A DNA stretch of 64,000 bases from an uncultured virus (IMG/VR IMGVR_UViG_3300042505_001288) (taxonomy: Duplodnaviria > Heunggongvirae > Uroviricota > Caudoviricetes), in IMG/VR virus record IMGVR_UViG_3300042505_001288. One strand, written 5' to 3'. The stretch's first letter is position 1. The number at the start of each line of letters is the position of its first letter. The translations under genes and the position numbers were made by a program. The notes below the pieces were generated by a model. The model was not told where the DNA came from, ran no database searches, and worked only from the letters and a program-made list of their open reading frames with translations. This document shows, in pieces, positions 49,235 to 60,100 of the stretch.

Positions 49235-50185
49235 ATGGGAAGACCTCTTAATAAAAAATATTTTGGTAACCGTAACATCGGTTCAATTAGTGTAACTACA
49301 GATAATGGTATAGGTGGTTCAAGTATTGCTAGTGTTACATTAAATGCATTGGGCTCATATACCGCTCGTCCTACTACCACATTTTCAGACCCACAATTAC
49401 CAAACGGTGTGAAAGCTGTGGGTACAGTAACATCACAAGTTAATATTATTACTGCATTCGGTGGAACAATGAGTGATTATACATCAGGTGATGTTGTTAC
49501 GATTGGTAATGGTACATTATTTACAATTACTGCGGTTAATGGCGCAATTACAGGTGCAACTATAAACGAACGTGGATCATATCCTTATGCAGCAGGAGCA
49601 CTTTCATCTGGTGCACAAACTGTAACTAATATTACAGTAACTAACCCAGCAGCAACTGGTGCTACTTTTACAGTAAATTACAATGCTAAAGAGGTTTTGA
49701 TTACAGAACCTGGTTCAGGATATTCATCAGCAACAGTTACCTTTACACAATCAGTAACTGCTACAACTGTTAACTTGGCTGCTGATACAGGTGCAGTTAG
49801 CTCATCAACTAATCAAGAAAATGCGATTAGTATGACAGCACAGCTTCCAGGCGGATCTGCTGGTTTGGTTGATATTATCAAACAAGTATCTGGACGTAGA
49901 TATAAAGTTACTGATGGAACACGCATTGGTATTGTCCAATTACAAGATTCTGCAGTATCTGGTGATGGGCAAGCTACAATCGTAGCAACAGATGCATCTA
50001 GTGCTACCTATTATGTTACAAAATTAACTGCACATAAAGCTACTTTAACACAAATTAGTGGCAGTTATGAATTTGCATCAGGCACAGCAGTTGCATGGAC
50101 TATGAATGGTACAACGGGTACTAAAGCATACCCTGCACAACCATACCTAGCGACAGGTGTAAATGTTCAAATCGCAAATACTTAA
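49235..50185 (+). CDS. Virion structural protein (possible head decoration/fibre)
   Basis: MGRPLNKKYFG N-terminus; Thr/Ser/Gly-rich beta sequence; IIKQVSGRRYKV; own promoter, AGGAG SD and terminator. Confidence 0.6.
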   Translation: MGRPLNKKYFGNRNIGSISVTTDNGIGGSSIASVTLNALGSYTARPTTTFSDPQLPNGVKAVGTVTSQVNIITAFGGTMSDYTSGDVVTIGNGTLFTITAVNGAITGATINERGSYPYAAGALSSGAQTVTNITVTNPAATGATFTVNYNAKEVLITEPGSGYSSATVTFTQSVTATTVNLAADTGAVSSSTNQENAISMTAQLPGGSAGLVDIIKQVSGRRYKVTDGTRIGIVQLQDSAVSGDGQATIVATDASSATYYVTKLTAHKATLTQISGSYEFASGTAVAWTMNGTTGTKAYPAQPYLATGVNVQIANT

Positions 50186-50203
50186 TTACAAAAACAAAAA
50201 CTT

Positions 50204-50226
50204 GGAGGGCACTTTGCCCTCCTTTT
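50204..50226 (+). terminator. Intrinsic terminator
   Basis: GGAGGGCA-CTT-TGCCCTCC-TTTT. Confidence 0.8.
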
Positions 50227-50239
50227 AAAGGATTTATAA

Positions 50240-53200
50240 ATGTCAAGAATATTAAAAGTTAGTCAAAGTGATTACAGATTACAAGTACAATCTGGTGGAT
50301 CGATTACCTTAGATACAGGATCGAATGCTGGTACAGTTGTTATTACTGGGAATCTTGACGTTAAAGGAACCACTACCACTGTTGAATCATCAACTACTAC
50401 TGTAAAAGATAATATTTTACAATTAAATTATGGTCAATCTGGTAATGGTATTAGCAGCACCCTTGGATATCAATCTGGTATTCAAATTGGTCGTGGTAAT
50501 TACTCGGCTGCACAACTCATATTCGATGAAAATTTACAATTTTATGATTCTCAAACGGATTCAACTTTATCAGGCGCATTTAGTTTTAAAACTGAGAATG
50601 GGCAATTAGTTGGTATAAGAACAAATTCTATTACAACTGGTGGATTTGATTTAAGTCTTATTAGTTCTGGAACTCATATCGTATCGGTTAAAGGTACAAC
50701 TGATTATGAACAACATGTATTAAATTATACAGATTGGCTTACCCCAAGTGGTTTACTACCACATAGTGGTCCGATTACATTAACAGATAACCCAGATGCA
50801 ATTCCTAATACACAGGCACTGGCTGATTATGTAGAATCTGCATTTTATTATTATGGGCCACATTTTATTCAAGAAGGTGATACCAAAGTTGAAACATTTG
50901 ATGCATCAGCTGGTCGAACCCCAAGTAGAATAACATTTAATGTTGATGGTTATGAATATGGTAAATTTACCACTGATGGTCTTACTGTTGGAAACATTAA
51001 TGTTAAAAGTAGCAATATAAAGACAATCAATACGAATAGTAATTTAACCATTTCAGCTGATGGCACTGGTGTAATTAATTTATTGAATAAAACCAATATA
51101 AAAAATGATTTACATGTATCAGGTGTACCATATGGTACAGCTCCAATTGTAACTAATGTAATTTACGTCACCATGGATGGTTCTGATACTAATGATGGTT
51201 CCGCACAGGATTCTACAAGAGCATGTAGAACTATTGGTGGTGCAATGAAATCAGCTTTATATAATGCTGGTACATCCATTAAAGTTTCACCTGGTCATTA
51301 TTTAGAAGATAATCCACTATTAGTTAAACCATATACATCTATTATTGGTAGTGATTTAAGAACTACAACGATTGAACCTATTAATAAAACTCAAGATTTA
51401 TTTCATGTTCAAAGTTCGTGTTATATTGCTCAAATGCAATTTATTAATGGTAGAAGTGGAATTGTAAATCCAAACTACGACCGTGGTGCGTATGCAGTAT
51501 CGTTTCCAACAACTGACAAAATAGATTTATATAAATCTCCATATATTCAGAATTGTACTAATCAATCTGGTCCTTGGTTATTTGATGGTACTATGTTTGT
51601 ACCTAATCAAACTGTACAAATTCCATTGGCGGTTGCAACCACATCTTTTGACAATAATCAAACAACCATTACAGTAACATTTACTGAAGGGTTATCAGAT
51701 TTAACAGCTGCAATTGCAATAAATCCTAATATATCAATCAACACTGCTCCTCAAGACCAAGGTTTCTTTTCCGCTAGAACATTGATTTTAGCAAATGAAT
51801 CATTCATTAAAGAACAAACTATTGCATATATTGAACAAACATACCCATCATTGAATTATCAACGTGAAAAATGCAGAAGAGATATTGGATACATTTTAGA
51901 AAATATATTATTTGATGCAACATTTGGAGGGAATTCAAAATCAGTTGAAGCTGGTGAATTTTATTGGAATGGTGTTACTAGTGTAATTAGTGGTGAACAA
52001 ACACAAACTAATGCAGCATTGGAATATATCATTAGTTTGATTACTGATATTATTAGTAATAATGAAATTGATATAGATAGATTGAGTACTACTGGAACAA
52101 CTATTACTGGCTCCAACATCATTACTGATATTTCATCTGATGCTATAAAACAAATTGTTGTTGGTAAATTAATAACCGGTACTTATATTCCTAATAACAC
52201 GGTTGTTGAATATGTTGATAATGTTAACTATACGATTACTATATCCAATAATGCAACTGATAGTGGTAGTACTACATTTACAACTAGTCATCAAATTTTT
52301 AACAGTAATTTAACTAACGGTAGCATAGCATTATATGCATTAACTAGAAATATTCAATTAATTGAATCTATTATAACATCTAAAACTAACATACCAGAAA
52401 TTTTTTATAGTACTGGTGCTGAAACTGGTTTAGTTAGCGCAGAAATATTATTACAAAAAAATAGATTATTCATTCAAAAAGAAATTACTGCTTATATAGC
52501 TGTAACATATCCGCAGTTTACATATAATATTAATACATGTGAAAGAGATGTTGGATTGATAGTAGATGCACTAACACAAGATATTTTATTAGGTGGTAAT
52601 GCAAATTGTATTAATGCTGGATTGTCGTATTATGAAGCAGCCGACCTATTAATAGTTGGTGAAGTATTGCAAACTAGAAGTGCTTTAGATAGATTAGTTA
52701 CGATTGCTAAATTAATTGTACAAAATCAAGCTGTATCTAAAACGTCAGGAAATAATCAAACACAATATACTAATAATAATCTTGAACGCGGCGTAATTAC
52801 TGCAACCGAGCCATCAATTATTTCTAGAAATATAGAAATAATAAAAAATATCATTACAAATGGTCCAAGTTCACAACCTATAAAATACAGTGGTAGTGGT
52901 TTATTTTCTGCAACTGGTATAAGTGCTGATGACATTAAACAATCAACGAAGGTGTTAACACTTACACAGGTATCTGGAAACACATACAATGTGGTGTTAG
53001 ATACACCAACAGTTGGTATTGGTACCAATTCAACCTTATATTTTGGGTATACTTCGGTCTATCCAGTAGTTGAATCTACTATACCTTCTCCTAGATGGGA
53101 TAGTAGAAAAGTAGATCCTTATGGCTCTATGGGTGGTATGTTAGTAGATGGTAATCAAATTACTGATATTTCACCTATTAAATCATTTGTTGTTGATGCG

Positions 53201-54739
53201 TATACACAGGTAAACCAAGGTGGGCGAGGGGTGCGTGTAACTAATAATGGATATGCACAGTTAGTATCAGTATTTACATTGTTTAGTTCTATAGCCATTC
53301 AATGTGATAGAGGTGGAATTGCATCTATAACAAATGCTAATGCAAACTTTGGTGATTATTGTATGATTGCGAAGGGTTATGGAAAACGAGAATTTAAAGG
53401 AACTGTTTATAATCCACCAGAATTACCATTGTTTCCACAAGGTAAATTCCCATCAAAAAATATTATTGAAATATTTGTTCCAGACTTACAGCAAAGACCA
53501 CACATATCATTAATTATGGAGGTTGAGCCACCAGCTGGATATATCAATAATTTAGGTACATCTGGATTTATCACATCAACATCAACTATATCAACTATAA
53601 TAACTGGTTCATTGACTATTGATGATATTGATGTAACAAATATGTTTATTGGACAACTCGTATATCTACGAGATCAATTTGGTAGTTATTCTGACCCAAT
53701 AACTGGGAATAATTACATAACCCCTGGTACTATAATTGTAGATATTGGCCCTAGAACATTGTATTTGAGTGTTCCTGTTAATAATGGAGGTGGTGATGCT
53801 AATAATCCAAACTATTTTAATTTATACACAGTTGGGAATGCATACTATACTATTATATCTAGTTCAGTTGCACCGAGACCAAATTCTGAAACATTAACTG
53901 AGAATGCATTGATATTACCAGCTGAACAAAAAGCACCACATTTAGCTGCATTAGAAAAATTGAAAACATTATTACAGGATATTGTACAGAATAATACAAT
54001 CACAAGATTGCAAACATCTATAGCACAATATAAATCATCGGTTAATAGTAATTCTACAACATCTACCCGTATTGGAACATTAATCGATATAGTTAAAACT
54101 ATTGTTGATAGTGGGATATCATCTGCTCCTACGGTGATAAAGACTGGGACAGTAACTACATCCGATGGAAATGCAAGTTCGTTAATTTTAAAAAATATAG
54201 ATTTTCTAGTAGCAGAAATATATGCATTTATGAGTATAAATTACACATTTACATATGATATAACTTTATGTAAGCGAGATGTTGAATTAATCAGTAAGTG
54301 TATATCTGACGATTTGCTAGCAGGTGGAAACTATAATTCTGTTAATTCTGGATTATCATATTTTTCACGATCTGGAACTCATCATTATGTTACGATTGAA
54401 GAAAGTACATATGATTATAATTTATTTAAGCATGGTGCATTGGTTAATTTCTATCAAAGAAGTTATATGTCAGCATCTGGATACTTATTCGAGTATGTGG
54501 GTTCAGGTTCAAATTATAGTGCATTACCACAGGTAGGACGTTTCGATCCAATACAAAATAGAGAAGTGAATATGCTAGATGGTGGTAAAGTTTTCTTTAC
54601 CTCTACCGATCAAAATGGAGATTTTAGAATCGGAACAGGGTTAGTAATTAGCCAAGCAACTGGTGTTTTAAGCGGTAGAACATTCCAGAAGAGCTTATTC
54701 GCAGAAATGACACCGTTTATACTTGCAATTGAAGGTTAA
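50240..54739 (+). CDS. Large virion/fibre protein with a beta-helix-like region and three CxRD...GGN helical repeats
   Basis: IYVTMDGSDTNDG...TIGGA...GHYLEDNPL pectin-lyase-like entry; SPYIQNCT; CxRD repeats at 51872, 52538 and 54269. Confidence 0.7.
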   Translation: MSRILKVSQSDYRLQVQSGGSITLDTGSNAGTVVITGNLDVKGTTTTVESSTTTVKDNILQLNYGQSGNGISSTLGYQSGIQIGRGNYSAAQLIFDENLQFYDSQTDSTLSGAFSFKTENGQLVGIRTNSITTGGFDLSLISSGTHIVSVKGTTDYEQHVLNYTDWLTPSGLLPHSGPITLTDNPDAIPNTQALADYVESAFYYYGPHFIQEGDTKVETFDASAGRTPSRITFNVDGYEYGKFTTDGLTVGNINVKSSNIKTINTNSNLTISADGTGVINLLNKTNIKNDLHVSGVPYGTAPIVTNVIYVTMDGSDTNDGSAQDSTRACRTIGGAMKSALYNAGTSIKVSPGHYLEDNPLLVKPYTSIIGSDLRTTTIEPINKTQDLFHVQSSCYIAQMQFINGRSGIVNPNYDRGAYAVSFPTTDKIDLYKSPYIQNCTNQSGPWLFDGTMFVPNQTVQIPLAVATTSFDNNQTTITVTFTEGLSDLTAAIAINPNISINTAPQDQGFFSARTLILANESFIKEQTIAYIEQTYPSLNYQREKCRRDIGYILENILFDATFGGNSKSVEAGEFYWNGVTSVISGEQTQTNAALEYIISLITDIISNNEIDIDRLSTTGTTITGSNIITDISSDAIKQIVVGKLITGTYIPNNTVVEYVDNVNYTITISNNATDSGSTTFTTSHQIFNSNLTNGSIALYALTRNIQLIESIITSKTNIPEIFYSTGAETGLVSAEILLQKNRLFIQKEITAYIAVTYPQFTYNINTCERDVGLIVDALTQDILLGGNANCINAGLSYYEAADLLIVGEVLQTRSALDRLVTIAKLIVQNQAVSKTSGNNQTQYTNNNLERGVITATEPSIISRNIEIIKNIITNGPSSQPIKYSGSGLFSATGISADDIKQSTKVLTLTQVSGNTYNVVLDTPTVGIGTNSTLYFGYTSVYPVVESTIPSPRWDSRKVDPYGSMGGMLVDGNQITDISPIKSFVVDAYTQVNQGGRGVRVTNNGYAQLVSVFTLFSSIAIQCDRGGIASITNANANFGDYCMIAKGYGKREFKGTVYNPPELPLFPQGKFPSKNIIEIFVPDLQQRPHISLIMEVEPPAGYINNLGTSGFITSTSTISTIITGSLTIDDIDVTNMFIGQLVYLRDQFGSYSDPITGNNYITPGTIIVDIGPRTLYLSVPVNNGGGDANNPNYFNLYTVGNAYYTIISSSVAPRPNSETLTENALILPAEQKAPHLAALEKLKTLLQDIVQNNTITRLQTSIAQYKSSVNSNSTTSTRIGTLIDIVKTIVDSGISSAPTVIKTGTVTTSDGNASSLILKNIDFLVAEIYAFMSINYTFTYDITLCKRDVELISKCISDDLLAGGNYNSVNSGLSYFSRSGTHHYVTIEESTYDYNLFKHGALVNFYQRSYMSASGYLFEYVGSGSNYSALPQVGRFDPIQNREVNMLDGGKVFFTSTDQNGDFRIGTGLVISQATGVLSGRTFQKSLFAEMTPFILAIEG

Positions 54740-54752
54740 GAGGATTTAATTC

Positions 54753-57161
54753 ATGGCATTAATACCATTAAACACATTTAAAACAAAAACTGCAGTGTTA
54801 ACAACACTGAAATATAATCAAGTAAGATGCGCTAGAGATACTGCTTTAATAGTTGACTCAATTGCATATGACTTGATATATGGTGGGAACACCCAATCTA
54901 CATTTGCAGCTGTTCAATATTGGGCACAAGGCTCTAGTAACATCCCTGGTGATATCCCACAAACATTGGCAGCAATGGAACATGCAAAAAAAGTTATTGT
55001 TCAGATTTTAAACAATCAAACAATAACAAAGTCTACGAGTAATTCTATAACTCAACCTACTCCAACTGCTCCAGCAGCATCAGCTGGTGATATTAATATA
55101 GTTATTTCTGAAATTGACTTGATTATGGATATCATTGAAAATGGTATAAGTGGTGTTACAGACAGGATCTCCCCAAATCAATCTAGTGGAGTATCATCCC
55201 GTGCTGCTACTATTTTGGCGACTAATAAATCATTCATTCAAAATGAAATTGTAGCGTATGTTAAAGATAATTTAATTGATGCTGATTATACATATGATAA
55301 AACAAAATGTAGAAGAGATTTAAAATTAATTATAGATTCTATTGTTTCTGATTTAAGATTCGGTGGAAATACTCAATCTACATTTGCTGGATTACAATAT
55401 TGGTCAATGGGTGCAACTCAAATCGCTAATGAAACATTACAAACTCAAGCGGCTATCACTCATCTGAAGTCGTTAGTTGGTCAAGTTATTTTAAACGAAT
55501 CAATCGATAAAACAGAAGCAAATACTCAATCACAGGTTATTAATAATACTAAAACTGGGACAACCACTAGCAAAGATGTAGCAGACGGTTTATTTGATAC
55601 ATTACTTGCTATATTGGTAGATGCAGCGGATGGGACAAGAACTAATGATGTAAGTAATCTTATAACTGCCAATTCTACATTAACAACTGACACTGGTATG
55701 ATCAACGCATATCAAGCTATTATCTCAAATAAATTATTTTTACAAGAAGAAATTGTTAAATGGATAGATGCACAAACTACTACACCATTTGATAATGTAA
55801 ATTTCATAGCTGCATATGATGATGCAGCGTCTGATACATGTTTCCGTGATGTTGGTTATATTTTAGATTGTATTTGTTTTGATATGAAATATGGTGGGAA
55901 TAGACAAACCATCCAAGCAGGTGTTTATTACAATGGATTTGATCAATCAACCAGTATTTTAGCAGAAAAATCATTTGCTATTAATGCGTACAAGTATTTG
56001 AAACGAATAATTGGTGATGTAATTCAAGGGCTTCCAATTACAACAGTATATCAAGATATTTATAAACAGGATATCTCACTACCTGCAGGTGGATTAGTTC
56101 AAGCTAATATAGCTGTTGAAAATCTGAATCATATTATTGATATTATTATTGATAATCCAACCACAGTTGAAAAGAAACCGATCTCATTAAATCAATTAAC
56201 TGATAAAATGTATGCATTATCAGCTGGTGCTTTGGTAACTAATGAAACATTTTTAATTGAGGAAGTTATCGCATATATCGATAATATAAACAATACTAGC
56301 TTCAATTATCCTAATTCTACATTATATAATGATACTAATAAATGCTTTAGAGATATGGGATACATTATTGATTGTATTTCATTTGATTTGACACATGGTG
56401 GGAACAGACAGGCTATTCAAGCAGGTGTTTATTATTATGGTCATTCATCAACAACATCAATTGTTCCTACTGAAAAATCAGATACATTAAATGCATATAA
56501 TTATATGAGATATGTAATTGAAAATGTTTTAACATCTACTTCAGAACTGACATCTTCCTTAAATTATCCAGCAGCACCATATCAATTTGAAACACAGAAA
56601 GTGTCATTGGCAGTATCGAGTAGTACAGTAAACACCAGTGCAAGCGCACTGATTACTACACTAAATACTATTATTAACGCTGGACCACCATCTACTTCGC
56701 CTACTCCTATTAGTTTAACAAAAGTAACCGATACCAGTGGAGATTTGGATAAAGCATTTAATTTATTACAAGCTAATAAACCGTATATAGTAGCAGAAGT
56801 AATTGGATATATGAATTCATTAAAAACACCAAATACTACTAAAATTTATACTGCACCACCAGGTGTTACAGCAATTGTTTTAATGGCTCAAGTAGCAAAT
56901 GTTACCGACCATGATATTAACATCACATTTGCACATTATCGTAATATCCCAGTATATGCAGATCCATCTACATTAAATGGAGCACAACCTGGTGATACTA
57001 TAACGGAATTAGTGGATGGATTCAGCGTCCCTGCAAATGATTCAGCATCCTTAATCCAGGGGAAAATGATTATCGAAGCCTTCGATAGTATTATAGCTTA
57101 TGCCAGTGAAGGTGCTGGTTTAAAAGTTACACTTAGCATATTAGAGACCGCCAATGCCTAA
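54753..57161 (+). CDS. Virion protein made mostly of four CxRD...GGN helical repeats
   Basis: CxRD at 54828, 55308, 55839 and 56343; C-terminal IYTAPPGVTAIVLMAQVANV...SILETANA beta domain. Confidence 0.7.
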   Translation: MALIPLNTFKTKTAVLTTLKYNQVRCARDTALIVDSIAYDLIYGGNTQSTFAAVQYWAQGSSNIPGDIPQTLAAMEHAKKVIVQILNNQTITKSTSNSITQPTPTAPAASAGDINIVISEIDLIMDIIENGISGVTDRISPNQSSGVSSRAATILATNKSFIQNEIVAYVKDNLIDADYTYDKTKCRRDLKLIIDSIVSDLRFGGNTQSTFAGLQYWSMGATQIANETLQTQAAITHLKSLVGQVILNESIDKTEANTQSQVINNTKTGTTTSKDVADGLFDTLLAILVDAADGTRTNDVSNLITANSTLTTDTGMINAYQAIISNKLFLQEEIVKWIDAQTTTPFDNVNFIAAYDDAASDTCFRDVGYILDCICFDMKYGGNRQTIQAGVYYNGFDQSTSILAEKSFAINAYKYLKRIIGDVIQGLPITTVYQDIYKQDISLPAGGLVQANIAVENLNHIIDIIIDNPTTVEKKPISLNQLTDKMYALSAGALVTNETFLIEEVIAYIDNINNTSFNYPNSTLYNDTNKCFRDMGYIIDCISFDLTHGGNRQAIQAGVYYYGHSSTTSIVPTEKSDTLNAYNYMRYVIENVLTSTSELTSSLNYPAAPYQFETQKVSLAVSSSTVNTSASALITTLNTIINAGPPSTSPTPISLTKVTDTSGDLDKAFNLLQANKPYIVAEVIGYMNSLKTPNTTKIYTAPPGVTAIVLMAQVANVTDHDINITFAHYRNIPVYADPSTLNGAQPGDTITELVDGFSVPANDSASLIQGKMIIEAFDSIIAYASEGAGLKVTLSILETANA

Positions 57162-60100
57162 ATTATTAAGTAATAGAGTAAAAGTCACTCCATCAGAACA
57201 ATTATCACAATCTAGATATCAATATGTTGAATTGAATCAGGCCCAACCAGCCCTTGGTACTCCACTTACTGATAAGAGTGTCTTACTGGCTAATCTAGAT
57301 GGTACAACAGAATGGGTATCACAGGCTGATATTACAGGAAATGTAGTACCAAATAAAAATACAATTTATGTATCAAAAAGTGGTAGTGATAGTAATATTG
57401 GTAATTCAATATCATCAACGAAATTAACAATCAAAGGAGCACTAACTGCAGCAACCGCTGGTACTTCTATTATAATTTATGCTGGTGATTATACTGAGGT
57501 AAATCCATTAGTATTACCAGAAAATGTTTCTATTATTGGGCAAGATTCACGGGTTAATGTTATACCAAAAAATCCAACTCAAGATGTATTTAAGCTTAAT
57601 AGCGGTTCATCAATTGATGGTATTACCGTAGTTAACCACAAGTACCCAAGTTTTGCATTTAGTCTTAAAAGTAATGTTAACATTAAAATATCACCGATCA
57701 TTAATAATTGTTCTAGTATAACTGGACCATTTTTAGCAGACGGTACATTATTTGTTCCGTTTGTTACTGTACAAAATGGTTCAATAACTCCAGGTGCAAC
57801 ACCATTATTAGATGCTGATGTACCAGTTGTTAATAAAAGAATTAATATAACTGGTGCTGGTGGAGGTATATTTATTGATGGTGGTGAAATAATCTCTCAA
57901 TCATTGTATAAATCTGTAATTGTTGATCAATTTATTGCCTCTAATCAAGGTGGTATTGGTGTACAAGCCACCAATAATGCTACAATAATTTTACAAAATA
58001 GTATTTCTAAATTTTGTACTGTAGGATTTAAAGCAACTAATGGTGGATATATAGATTTAACATCATGTACTACAGAATATGGTACATATGGATTAGTTAG
58101 TGATGGGTATCTATCAACACCATATATCAACTCTGGTATAATTTCTGCATCACACTTTAGTAGTGTTAGTAATGTCTCTATCACAAATCAGGGTTCAGGA
58201 TATGGTAGTACACCAACAGTTGTAGTTGGTACGCAATGGTCTACTGGTGCAACGGTTGCTACACATAGTCAACTTTTTTATGGATCAAATTTATATTTTG
58301 TAATGTCTGGTGGGGTTTTAGGGGCTATCGCTCCTACCTTTACTAATAGCACACCAACTGCAAATGGTACAGCAACATTATTATATACTGGTACAGCTGC
58401 TACTGCTACTGCTACAATGAGTGGTGGGAAAATAACAAATATCGCATTTACATCTGGTAGTGGGTATACAAGTATCCCTTCTATTACATTCGTTGGAAGT
58501 AATACTACGCCAGCAGAAGCTAGTGCTGAATTAACTGGAATATCTTTAGTTTCAGTTGGTAGCATTACTAAAAAACCACTAGTGAGTACATTAATATCAT
58601 TCCAGTATAATCCAAATTACTACTATATTACTGATGCTACTGATGTAGTTGGTACTAATTCAAATATTAAAGTATCACCCGAATTGTATTATGTATTAGG
58701 AAATTATACTGCATCATTGTATTATGAAAGTAGAATTATTGCAAATGGTCATACTTCAAAATATATTGGAGCTGGGACAACATTAAATGCATTAGCAACC
58801 AATTCTGGAACTCCTGTTTATGCAAATGAGACTGTAGAATCAAATCACGGTAAAATATTTTATACTGGGGTTAATGAAACTGGGTTATATAAAATAGGTG
58901 ATATTTTTACAGTGGATAATATCACCGGCGTATCATCTGTAAATTCAAATATATTTGATTTAACAAATGTAAGTGCAATAGGACCATTAAATCGCAGTGG
59001 TGTAATTTCTGGTGTTCAATTACGAGAAATAAGTGATGATATAACTTTAACAGCAACAACTGGGATACGTGATAGTTTTACAGCACCTACGCAACATGCG
59101 GTTTATACATTTTTACAAAATAACTACTTAGCATTAACCGGTGGAACTGTTGCAGGAACAGTAACTATTAATGATTTAATACTTTCAGGCAATATCATTA
59201 CTAGTAAAAATACAAATCAAAGTATAATATTAAACCCAGTTGGTAATGGAAATTTAGATGTATCTGGGAGTAGGGTGATTAATTCAGCCACTCCAGTTAA
59301 TAACACCGATCTTGCAACAAAGGAATATGTTGATAACGCAGTTACAGGTGTTGGTGATACATATCCATCCATTAATATTGGTGATTTTTATATTCACGGC
59401 GATGTGATTGAAAATACTATTAATGATGCTAATATTACCTTAACAACTAAAGGTACTGGACAAACAGTTATCACATCATTAATTGATAGTTCATCAAGTA
59501 TTACTGGAGCATTAGTTGTGAATGGTGGGGTTGGTATTGCCACAAAATTATACGTTGGTGATAGTGTTTATTCTACTACATTTTATGGTAATTTAGATGG
59601 TGCTGCTACTACGGCTGGTACAGTAACTACTGCCGCACAACCTGCTATTACATCAGTTGGAGCCTTAACCAGTTTACAAGTTGGTAATATTAATATAAAT
59701 GAAAACATTATTAAAAATACATCATTGGATGAAAACTTAATTCTTGGTGCGACTGGTACTGGTGATGTCATTCCGGAAATAGATAATACTATTGACTTTG
59801 GTTCAAATTCTCGTACTTGGAAAAAAGGATACTTCACTAATATAGCAGGTACATTAGATACAAGCTCACAGCCTAATATTTCATCATTGTCATCTAATGT
59901 TAAAATATTTGATAGTACATACACATTAACTCCAACATTAGATGTTGGATTTTCTAATACCAACAAATTTGAAATAGAAACACACCAAACTAGTAGTTCA
60001 TTGACATATACTAAATTTGTTAATATTAGTTCGGGTACAAATAACAATTATTTTGAATTTCATCCAGATCAAAATTTAGCTCTAACAATTGCAAATGGTC

